Shown piece by piece: positions 54,190 to 62,540 of a DNA stretch of 64,000 nucleotides. Each line of letters opens with the position of its first letter. The first letter of the stretch is position 1. The translations under genes and the position numbers were made by a program. The stretch lies in sequence record SRR2962707_660; one strand, 5' to 3'. The notes under the pieces are model-generated. The model was not told the origin of the DNA, made no database searches, and worked only from the letters and a program-made list of their open reading frames with translations.

Positions 54190-54990
54190 TTAACTGGCGG
54201 CGGCAAGCGGCAGGTCGCCCGTCTGCAGAAAGCGCCGCTCCTCGCCCTCAAGCACCAGCGCGGTCAGGACACCGGTCATGTAGGCGCCGGTATCGACACC
54301 GATCCGGTTCGAGCGGATGACGACCTCTTCGCGCGGGGTGTGCCCATGCACGACCACTTTCCCGTAACGGCTTGAGGAATCAAGGAAATCCTCGCGTATC
54401 CAGAGCAGGTCTTCCTCGATCTGGCGGTGGAGCGGAACGCCGGGACGGACACCCGCATGGGCGAAAAAATAGCCTCCAAACTCCGCCGAGAGCGCCAGCG
54501 TCCGCAGAAAATGGCGATGCGCCTCCGGCAGGACGTCGTTGAAACGCTCCCGCGCGCGCTCGAAATCCGCCGGATCGTCGCTCAGCGTCAGCTCGGTGAT
54601 GCCGTAGGAATGGAGGGTCTCAAGCCCGCCGTAATATTTCCAGGTCTTGCCGAACGCGGCGTCGTCGAGGAACTGCTGCAGCGCCTGCTCGTGATTGCCC
54701 TTGAGGAAGACGCGCTCGAAACCCGATGGCGCCGCGCCCGTCAGCCGGTCGAGAACCTGCTTCGACTGCAGTCCGCGGTCGACATAATCTCCAAGGAAAA
54801 TCAATATTTTGCGCGATGAAGGCGCGCCCCTCGCATCGCGCTCGATGCGCGCAAGGAGGTCGCTGAGCAGGTCGTCGCGGCCATGAATGTCGCCGATCGC
54901 ATAGATACGCATTCCCTCGGGCAGGGAAACGGCTTCTCGCTTGCCCCCGAGGGCTGCCCGCAATCGGCCAACCAGTCCGCTCAACACCAA
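54190..54990 (-). CDS. Metallophosphoesterase (PPP/PrpA-like protein phosphatase)
   Basis: AIGDIHG, LGDYVDRG, KGNHE, HAG, VHGHTP, GVDTGAY. Confidence 0.9.
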   Translation of the reverse strand: MVLSGLVGRLRAALGGKREAVSLPEGMRIYAIGDIHGRDDLLSDLLARIERDARGAPSSRKILIFLGDYVDRGLQSKQVLDRLTGAAPSGFERVFLKGNHEQALQQFLDDAAFGKTWKYYGGLETLHSYGITELTLSDDPADFERARERFNDVLPEAHRHFLRTLALSAEFGGYFFAHAGVRPGVPLHRQIEEDLLWIREDFLDSSSRYGKVVVHGHTPREEVVIRSNRIGVDTGAYMTGVLTALVLEGEERRFLQTGDLPLAAAS

Positions 54991-55228
54991 TACCTCGCAC
55001 CGCGCGCCCGGCCGCTAGCCCCGGCTGCACCTCCGGTGACCCTAGTAGATTTCTCAGCATAAACAAGGACATGCCAAGCCGAACCGGCACTGTTTCCGGT
55101 CCTGGAAAGGGCCGGAAACGGACGCTTCTCCACCAATGCTAAGTCCGTTGTAGGGAGAAGCAAGCCAACTGCTATATAACGAGGCAAATCACGACGCAGG
55201 CGCGAACGCGCCCCCGCAGGAGCGCATC

Positions 55229-56239
55229 TTGTCCCAATCCTCGACCGATCCAGACACCTCCCGCCCCGCCGCGACGGCCGGGAAAGCCGACCACCTGACC
55301 TCGGCGAAGCGCACAATCTCGTTGGAGATAGAAGGACTTAAGGCACTGATGGCGTCGCTCGCCGGGCCCTTCGCCATGGCCGTCGAGGCGCTCGGCCAGG
55401 CCACCGGCCGCGTCATCGTGACGGGCATGGGCAAGTCCGGCCATATCGCGCGCAAGATGGCGGCGACGATGGCCTCGACCGGCACGCCCTCCCAATACGT
55501 CCATCCCGGAGAAGCTTCCCACGGCGATCTCGGCATGATCGCAGCCGGCGACGTCATCCTCGCGCTGTCCTGGTCAGGCGAAACGGCAGAGCTTTCCAGC
55601 ATCATTTCTCATGCGAAACGGTTTGCGATCCCGCTCATCGCGATGACGGCGGAAGCCGAGAGCGCGCTCGGATCGGCCGCCGACATCGCCCTCGTCCTGC
55701 CACGCGCGGAGGAGGCCTGCCCCAACAAGCTCGCGCCGACCACCTCGACCACCATGCAGCTCGCGCTGGGCGATGCACTGGCGATCGCGCTCTTGGAGCA
55801 GAAGGGCTTTTCTGCCAAGGATTTCAGTGTCTTCCACCCCGGCGGCAAGCTCGGCGCGATGCTCAAACACGTGCATGAGGTCATGCATTCAGGCGGGGAA
55901 CTGCCGCTGACCGGCCCCGAAACGCCGATGTCGGAGGCGCTTCTCATCATGTCGCAGAAGAGCCTCGGCTGCGTCGGCATCGTCGACGAGGCAGGCAAGC
56001 TCATCGGCATGATCACGGATGGCGATATCCGGCGGAATTCCTCAGCCGAGGGCCTGCTTGCACGCTCGGCCGGCGAGATCATGAACGCCACGCCGAAGAC
56101 GGTGAGCCCCGGCATGCTGGCGTCGGAAGCCGTCAAGCTGTTGAACGAAAAGAAGATTACCAGCCTCTTCGTGGTCGAAAACGAACGCCCGGTCGGGGTC
56201 GTCCATATCCACGATTTCCTGAAGGCCGGCGTCGTCTGA
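55229..56239 (+). CDS. kdsD: Arabinose-5-phosphate isomerase (KpsF/GutQ; SIS + CBS)
   Basis: VTGMGKSGHIA, HPGEASHGDLG, APTTSTT, FHPGGKLG, ITDGD, HIHD. Confidence 0.92.
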   Translation: MSQSSTDPDTSRPAATAGKADHLTSAKRTISLEIEGLKALMASLAGPFAMAVEALGQATGRVIVTGMGKSGHIARKMAATMASTGTPSQYVHPGEASHGDLGMIAAGDVILALSWSGETAELSSIISHAKRFAIPLIAMTAEAESALGSAADIALVLPRAEEACPNKLAPTTSTTMQLALGDALAIALLEQKGFSAKDFSVFHPGGKLGAMLKHVHEVMHSGGELPLTGPETPMSEALLIMSQKSLGCVGIVDEAGKLIGMITDGDIRRNSSAEGLLARSAGEIMNATPKTVSPGMLASEAVKLLNEKKITSLFVVENERPVGVVHIHDFLKAGVV

Positions 56240-56338
56240 CGGGCAGCGTGACGCTCCGGCCCGGATCGAGAAGCCATTGGTGAATTCGCCAAGGACTCCA
56301 ATCGCTTGCCGCATGATCCTCATGTGAGCGGCTCGTGA

Positions 56339-56367
56339 CTGTCATCATACTGTCACCCGACTGTTAC
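56339..56367 (+). promoter_or_regulatory. Pho box (three 11-bp-periodic PhoB half-sites)
   Basis: CTGTCAT-cata-CTGTCAC-ccga-CTGTTAC. Confidence 0.75.
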
Positions 56368-56812
56368 AAAACGAGCAGTTGTCCCCGCTATGGCCGCCCT
56401 GCCACTCCATGACATTTTTGCCGCACCCCGGAAGACACAGGGAGAACACATCGGCGACAGTCGAGTGTGACGCTGCGTCAACAATATTCAATACTCGCGA
56501 ATAGTACGAATATTGGAAGCGTGATCCGTGCGGCAGACGTGGACCGCTTCGGGCCGGGGCATAGCCTGGCCGCGTCAACCAACGGACGACACGACACCTT
56601 GCCACAATGGCAAAGCGGGGGTCCGGCAAAGCGAGGTGCGAGGCAAACCTCCGGCGGAGCCTCTCTTGCGCCACCGGCAAAACGGAATATGAGGTTCTCC
56701 GCTTGTGATCGCGGGCGGCAAGCCTGACTGCCTTTCTATATCGGGCGCGGCGTCTGGACGGACACCCTGTCCGAGGGGAACGAGGGCGCGCTTCCGGTCG
56801 TTTCATCATCCG

Positions 56813-57817
56813 ATGGGATCTCACACAGAACGGCCAGCGGACCTCGAACCCGGCCTGCCGAAAGGGCGGGGGCGGCGCGCCGATGCGCCATCCGAAATCC
56901 CGCCTGCCGGGTGGAAGGACATTGCCTGGCGGGTATGGGCGGAGCTCGGCCGGGACCGCGTGACGCTCGTCGCGGCGGGGGTCACCTTCTACACCCTGCT
57001 CGCGCTGTTTCCCGCCCTTGCCGCCTTCGTCTCCATCTATGGCTTCGTCGCCGATCCCCAGACCATCGCCGACCACATCGCCTTTCTGGGCGGGCTCCTG
57101 CCTTCCGAAGGGCTCGAACTCATCCGCGCGCAGCTCGACGGCCTGCTCCAGCAGAACACGGAGTCTCTCGGTTTCGGTTTCGTTCTGGGTCTCGCGGTCG
57201 CTTTATGGAGCGCCAACAACAGCGTGAAGGCGCTCTTCCAGGCGATGAACGTCGCCTATGAGGAAGAGGAAAAACGCTCCATCGTGAGGCTCCACCTTGT
57301 CAGCTTTTCCTTCACGCTGGGTGCGATCCTGATCGGGGTGATGTTCCTGCTTTCCGTCGGCGTCGTACCCGCGGCGCTGGCCCTGCTCCGCCTCGACGCC
57401 TGGACGGAATGGATGGTGAGCCTCGGGCGCTGGCCGGTGCTGCTGCTTGCGGTCGGCACCGCGATCAGCCTCGTCTACCGCTACGGGCCGAGCCGGACAG
57501 AGGCGAAACTCCAATGGATCACCTGGGGCTCGGCGCTCGCGACCCTTGTCTGGATCGCGGCTTCCGTCGGCTTCTCCTTCTATCTGGAGAACTTCGCGAA
57601 CTACAACGCGACCTATGGCGCGCTCGGCGCGGTGATCGGCCTGATGATGTGGAGCTGGCTCTCGGTCGTGATCCTGCTCGTCGGCGCCGAGATCAATGCC
57701 GAGATCGAGCACCAGACGGCGCGGGACTCGACGGTCGGCGAGCGCCAGCCGAGAGGCGAACGCGGCGCGGTGGTGGCCGACACGCTGGGCGAGGGAAGCG
57801 GAGACGGGGCGGACTGA
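56813..57817 (+). CDS. YihY/BrkB family inner-membrane protein
   Basis: AAGVTFYTLLALFP, WSAN, LVYRYGP, FANYNATYGALG, GAEINAE.EHQT. Confidence 0.9.
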   Translation: MGSHTERPADLEPGLPKGRGRRADAPSEIPPAGWKDIAWRVWAELGRDRVTLVAAGVTFYTLLALFPALAAFVSIYGFVADPQTIADHIAFLGGLLPSEGLELIRAQLDGLLQQNTESLGFGFVLGLAVALWSANNSVKALFQAMNVAYEEEEKRSIVRLHLVSFSFTLGAILIGVMFLLSVGVVPAALALLRLDAWTEWMVSLGRWPVLLLAVGTAISLVYRYGPSRTEAKLQWITWGSALATLVWIAASVGFSFYLENFANYNATYGALGAVIGLMMWSWLSVVILLVGAEINAEIEHQTARDSTVGERQPRGERGAVVADTLGEGSGDGAD

Positions 57818-57832
57818 CCGGGCCGCGCACCC

Positions 57833-58909
57833 TCACTCCATCGCGGCGACCCATTCGCGGAGCAGCGCGATGGCGCGGGGTTCGCTCAGCGAACGGCCGA
57901 GTTCCGGCATCATGACGCCGGGTTCGTCACTCTCCACACGGTAGATCAGGATCGAGGCATCGGGGTCGCCGGGCGCGATATCGAATTCGAGATGGCCCGC
58001 GCCACGACCGGCAGCGACCGGGCGCTTGCCGACCCCGAGCGCGACCGGGTCCTGTTCGTCCCAGGTGAGAAAGAGGCCGGAATTGCTGGCGGGGCCTTCG
58101 GGGCGATGGCAATGGGCGCAATTGGTGTCGAGCCAGGCGCGGGCGCGGGCGTCGAGCGGCGCGGTCTCGTCGAGCCAGTCGGGAATGGCGGGGATCTCTC
58201 CCTTGTCCGGCAGCCCGGTGAGGAAGCCGTCGGCGGACCAGCGCGCGAGCTGGTTCTCCGGTCCTTCCGCATAAGGAAAGACATGGTTCAGGTTCCGCGC
58301 CTTGGGACCGATGGGGACGATCTCGCCCGAGACCTCGTGGCAGCCCTTGCACTGCGCCTTGTTCGGCACCGCATAGGTGATGGCTTCGGTGCTGCCATCC
58401 GGAAGCGGCACCTCCATCGGAATCTTCGCGCCCGCAATCTTGAGCACGGCATCCGACTGATCCGCGTTCCAGACATAGGCCCAGGCCTCCCAGCCCGCTT
58501 CCTGCCGGAGCAGCACCCGCGTCTCGACGAGCCGCAAGCCGTCGGGGCGGTCGGCGGCCTCATAGGCGAAGGTCTTGATGAGGGCGGAGCCGACCGGAAA
58601 GGCGAAGGCCTCGTGGGGATCATAGGCGGCGCTCATGCCCTCCGGCACATAGACGAAGCGGCGCTTCTCCGCGAAGTCGGTGAAGAGCGGCGTTCTCGGT
58701 GCGAAGGGGAGGACGCCGGGCGCGGGCACCTGCCGGGCGGCGTCGGCGAAGAAGCCGAAACCGGATAGCTCGGCGGGCGGCCGCTCGGCGAGGATCGCCG
58801 CTTCATCGACACCACCATCATCGGCGGCGGCGCCCCCGATTGCCGCGCCAAGGAAGAGGACCGCGAGAAGGGTCCGCTTCAGGAACGATGAAGGGGCGCG
58901 CGCCGTCAT
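57833..58909 (-). CDS. SO2930-family diheme c-type cytochrome
   Basis: Signal peptide; PLFTDFAEK, FPVG, VETRVLL, CKGCH, NCAHCH, MMPELGR. Confidence 0.85.
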   Translation of the reverse strand: MTARAPSSFLKRTLLAVLFLGAAIGGAAADDGGVDEAAILAERPPAELSGFGFFADAARQVPAPGVLPFAPRTPLFTDFAEKRRFVYVPEGMSAAYDPHEAFAFPVGSALIKTFAYEAADRPDGLRLVETRVLLRQEAGWEAWAYVWNADQSDAVLKIAGAKIPMEVPLPDGSTEAITYAVPNKAQCKGCHEVSGEIVPIGPKARNLNHVFPYAEGPENQLARWSADGFLTGLPDKGEIPAIPDWLDETAPLDARARAWLDTNCAHCHRPEGPASNSGLFLTWDEQDPVALGVGKRPVAAGRGAGHLEFDIAPGDPDASILIYRVESDEPGVMMPELGRSLSEPRAIALLREWVAAME

Positions 58910-58911
58910 TT

Positions 58912-60147
58912 TCAGCTCTTGCGGTCCTGCGGCAGCTCGACCGGCGCGGGCTCGGGCAGGCTGCCCGCGTGGTTCGCGATGTCGCGATCCGGGCTCGTTT
59001 CCCACGGAAGCAGCATGTGCGAGATCATCTTCGCGTTGGCGAATGTCGTGTCCTCCGCCTCCCTTATATAAAGACGGTTTTCCGCCGCGACCCATGAGAG
59101 CCATTCGGGGATGCGGGTGACGCCGTCCCAGACGATGTCGGGGCCCGGCGTGCCGGTCCGCCCGGCGATGATTTCGCCCATCTCGTTGTCCGGCGCATTG
59201 CCGCCCTCGCCATAGGTGTTGTCGTGGACGAAGACGCCGCGCGGCACGAACATGTAATTGTCGTCGTCATAATCGTTCGGATAGGCCGCGACGATGACAT
59301 GGACCGTGCCGTTGCCCGAGAGGCGGTTGCCGAAGATGTGCACGTTGCGGTTCGCCATGATCATGATGCCCGTGCCCATCGGCACCGAGCCGACGATGTT
59401 GCCTTCCGGCGCGAAATTCGGCGTGTCGTTGTCGATGGAGGAATTGTCGAAGACGCGGATGTCGTGGCCGCCCTGCTGCGGCAGGTTTGGCAGGTCGAAG
59501 ATCAGGATGCCGCCGGTGTTGTGGCGCGCCATGTTGCCGTAGACGTCGGCGCGGTAGCAGTTCTCGATCTCGATGCCGGCGACGTTGAACTCGGCGAGGC
59601 TGTTGCGGACGACGATGTCCTGGCTCTGGCCGACATAGATGCCGGCGTCCGACGCGCCGCGCACGGTCACGCCCTCGATCAGCACATTCTTCGACGAGAC
59701 GGGATAGACGCCATAAGCGCCGTTCTTCTCGTCCGGGCCGTTGGTCCATTCGACGCGCAGGTTGCGGAAGGTGATGAGGTCGCTGCCCTTCGCCTTGATG
59801 CCGTCGCCCTTCGTGTCCTCGACCGCGAAGTCTTCCAGCACGACATTGTCGGAGGTGATGAGGAGGCCCTCGCCGGACCCCGTCTGCCCCTTGAAGGAGA
59901 GGACGGTTTTCTCCGCGCCCGCGCCGCGCACCGTCACGCCATCGGCATCGAGGACGAGCCCGTCGACGAGATCCCAACGCCCGGCCCCGAGCAGGATAGT
60001 GTCGCCCTCCTCCACCATGATGAAGGTTTCAAGGAGTTTCTCCGGCCCGTCGCCCGGGCTCACCCGGAGTTCGGCGGCGTGGCCCGCCCCGGTGAAGAGC
60101 ACACCCATGGTGACTGCGACCGCAGCCGCTGAAAATTTCGACTTCAT
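58912..60147 (-). CDS. Secreted parallel beta-helix repeat protein (usual partner of the SO2930 family)
   Basis: NGAYGVYPV, GASDAGIYVGQS, NVAGIEIEN, NTGGILIFDLP, NFAPEGNIV, PDIVWDG. Confidence 0.85.
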   Translation of the reverse strand: MKSKFSAAAVAVTMGVLFTGAGHAAELRVSPGDGPEKLLETFIMVEEGDTILLGAGRWDLVDGLVLDADGVTVRGAGAEKTVLSFKGQTGSGEGLLITSDNVVLEDFAVEDTKGDGIKAKGSDLITFRNLRVEWTNGPDEKNGAYGVYPVSSKNVLIEGVTVRGASDAGIYVGQSQDIVVRNSLAEFNVAGIEIENCYRADVYGNMARHNTGGILIFDLPNLPQQGGHDIRVFDNSSIDNDTPNFAPEGNIVGSVPMGTGIMIMANRNVHIFGNRLSGNGTVHVIVAAYPNDYDDDNYMFVPRGVFVHDNTYGEGGNAPDNEMGEIIAGRTGTPGPDIVWDGVTRIPEWLSWVAAENRLYIREAEDTTFANAKMISHMLLPWETSPDRDIANHAGSLPEPAPVELPQDRKS

Positions 60148-60259
60148 CTCTTTCTCCCCAAAGCCCGGCCGAACCCGCCCAAAGACCAGCAGCCCGGACA
60201 GGAAGCTGCCGGGCACTCTTCTGACGACAAAATGCAGCCTTCGCTCTGGCCCTGTCAAC

Positions 60260-60282
60260 AAAAATGAAATAGTTTCACTTTT
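60260..60282. promoter_or_regulatory. Imperfect palindrome, probable TetR operator
   Basis: AAAAATGAAA-tag-TTTCACTTTT (9/10 arm match), between divergent genes. Confidence 0.65.
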
Positions 60283-60308
60283 TGAGAGAAGCAGCACTGG
60301 ACCCGAGG

Positions 60309-60968
60309 ATGCGACCGACGAGGCTCCCTGCCGAAGCGCCCTTGCGAGGGGCAAAGCGCGTTCCCGTCCAGACGCGCGCGCTGAAAACGCGCGCCGCGCT
60401 GCTCGCGGCGGTGAAGGAGATCACAGCCGAGACCGGCGCCGACGCGGTGACGACGACGAGCGTCGCCGAGCGAACGGGCGTCGCGGTTGGCAGCCTCTAC
60501 CGCTATTTCGCGGATCGCGACGCGCTGCTGCTCGCCGCCTATGACGCAACCGTCGAGCGGATCGCGGCGGCGAGCGTCGAACGGCTGGCCGGCCTCGACG
60601 CGGAGACGGAGCTCGAGGAGGCGGCGGGCTTTCTGCTTCACGTCTATCTCGACGAGGCGGAGGCGATCCCGGCGCATACGGGACTGCTCCGGGCGATGCG
60701 CGCGATCCGCACCATGGAGGAAGAGCAGGACCCGGCCAATGTCACGATCATCGGCGAACGCCTCGCGCCCTTCCTGAAAAAATTCTCGCACGGCGCCCGC
60801 CTCGACCCGGCGCGGCTTCACTTCATGAATGTGCTGATCGGCAATCTCGTCGACCTCTATCTCGTGACGCCGGGCACGGCGGACGAACGCACGGCGCGGC
60901 GCGAGGAAATCGAGGCGCATATGCTGCTGGCGCTGCGGCGGGCGATTGGGCCGGGCGAGCCGTCATGA
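60309..60968 (+). CDS. TetR/AcrR family transcriptional regulator
   Basis: P.Q.RA..T...LL.A...G...VTTTSVAERTGVAVGSLYRYF.DRDALL. Confidence 0.92.
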   Translation: MRPTRLPAEAPLRGAKRVPVQTRALKTRAALLAAVKEITAETGADAVTTTSVAERTGVAVGSLYRYFADRDALLLAAYDATVERIAAASVERLAGLDAETELEEAAGFLLHVYLDEAEAIPAHTGLLRAMRAIRTMEEEQDPANVTIIGERLAPFLKKFSHGARLDPARLHFMNVLIGNLVDLYLVTPGTADERTARREEIEAHMLLALRRAIGPGEPS

Positions 60969-61004
60969 AGGAATGACAAACGTCGAGTGTTCGAGCGACA
61001 TTTC

Positions 61005-61886
61005 CTACTGACGAGCGGAGCTGCCCGAAACGAGCCGCCGCTCGACTGTCTCGGTCGCGGTCTCAGTCTCAGACCTCTTGCCGGGCCCGTCGAATTGAAG
61101 CCTTGTCACCTTGGTCCGCCGCCATGCGTTTCCTGCGGCATCGGCATCGAACGTAACTTCAATCGTCCCGGAAACAGCCTCCCTCGCGCGCTCATGAAGC
61201 GCAGCGTCAAGCGTCACCGGCGTCTGCATGATCTCCCCGGCGATCACATCGGATTCGGCGCGAGCGCGACGCACGGCGTCAGGATCGACCTCCATGACCA
61301 CGGCAAACCTTGGCCCGTTGGGTCCGTTTGCCGTACGCGTCAATTTTCCGGGGCTGAGAGCCAGGGGGTCCTGATAGAGAGCACCCTCTCGGAGATCGAC
61401 AGATAGCAAATCGAATGTATGGATCGTTTCGATAATCGTCTCCGGATCGCATTCGACGCGGAACGCATTCCACGTGAAATACCATCCTCCGCAAGCGGAA
61501 TGGGGCAATCCGGCCGCCGAGAGCCAGGTGTCAACGCGCATTTCGAGTTCCGCACGGTTGATCAGTTGCATCGGCCCGTTCGATGGCCTGAATACACGCG
61601 CGGAAAACTGCCAGACGCGCGCTCTGGCTTCCGCTGGAACCTGCGATGGAAGATCGTATTCCATCTCCAGCCCACCATCGCGCGCGCCGATGACTCGCTC
61701 CACATACATGTTTCGGCCGCGAGAGCTTCCCGAGGACGTGCCATTCGTCCGCGACGACGTCTCGTAACTCGTGATGATGTCGTACTCCTCTCCGACCTTC
61801 GGGAAGAGTTTGGCTGAATCGCTGCGCGCATCCACAGCAAGGAGGAGCAGCGCGACGGCCACGGCGGAAATTCTGGTCGATTTCAT
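61005..61886 (-). CDS. Secreted hypothetical protein
   Basis: 293-aa ORF with a signal peptide; motif ACGGWYFTWNAFRVECDP. Confidence 0.65.
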   Translation of the reverse strand: MKSTRISAVAVALLLLAVDARSDSAKLFPKVGEEYDIITSYETSSRTNGTSSGSSRGRNMYVERVIGARDGGLEMEYDLPSQVPAEARARVWQFSARVFRPSNGPMQLINRAELEMRVDTWLSAAGLPHSACGGWYFTWNAFRVECDPETIIETIHTFDLLSVDLREGALYQDPLALSPGKLTRTANGPNGPRFAVVMEVDPDAVRRARAESDVIAGEIMQTPVTLDAALHERAREAVSGTIEVTFDADAAGNAWRRTKVTRLQFDGPGKRSETETATETVERRLVSGSSARQ

Positions 61887-62156
61887 ACCGCCAGATTGTA
61901 CGACTGTCGGGACTCTGACAATGTCCGCGTCCAGTCGGAAGCTGGCGCGATGTTCCGGGACACGATTCCCGCTACAATTGGCAAGACCGTGACCCGCGAC
62001 GGCTTCGCTTTCACGGAGACGATCCCGGCCTGAGGGCGGGCGCCCTGTTCAGGCCCGCAAACAGGCAGGAAACTTCAAAGACACCTGCGCACCAAGAGCA
62101 GTCTTTCGCCCCCGCGCCTTGAGGTCTAATCTCCCCCGCAATAGTGGAGGGAAGCC

Positions 62157-62432
62157 ATGAGCGACGCGGTTGGGCCCGGCGATCTTGTTCTTTGCGTCAA
62201 TGCCGCCCCGAACCATGTGACGGGCCAGCCTGTGCCGTTGCAGGCGGGCGAGACCTATCGTGTTCTCGACGTTCTGGAATTTGCCTGCCCGTGCGGGCGC
62301 TCCGATGCGCTGCTCGATGTGGGCGTCGATTTCGCGTGGTGCCAGTCGCGCTTTCGTCTTCTGCCGAAACCCAAAATGGAGGCGAAGCCCCGGCGCGCGT
62401 CGGTACCGAAGGAAAAAGAGACCGTCAGGTGA
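62157..62432 (+). CDS. Small hypothetical protein (SH3/KOW-like with CPCG)
   Basis: RBS GGAGGG; PGDLVLCVN...LQAGETYRV...CPCG...RFR. Confidence 0.6.
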   Translation: MSDAVGPGDLVLCVNAAPNHVTGQPVPLQAGETYRVLDVLEFACPCGRSDALLDVGVDFAWCQSRFRLLPKPKMEAKPRRASVPKEKETVR

Positions 62433-62481
62433 ACGGCCGGGCCAAGGGTGCCAGGAGCCGTCGCGAACGCGATCATCCGAT

Positions 62482-62510
62482 AAAAAAGGCCGGGCATCGC
62501 TGCCCGGCCT
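62482..62510 (-). terminator. Rho-independent terminator
   Basis: AGGCCGGGCA-4nt-TGCCCGGCCT followed by a T-run on the minus strand, about 30 bp after the stop at 62541. Confidence 0.85.
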
Positions 62511-62540
62511 GAAGTTTGAGTCTCATCCCGAGGGAGGGGA

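Noticed and set aside
54177-54194. TTAA-N9-TTAAC upstream of wza as a CtrA box
   Set aside because: Spacing is 9, not 7, and the second half is the phosphatase stop codon
56467-56727. 86-aa ORF downstream of the Pho box
   Set aside because: No recognisable domain, atypical composition, and the RBS is not positioned for its GTG start
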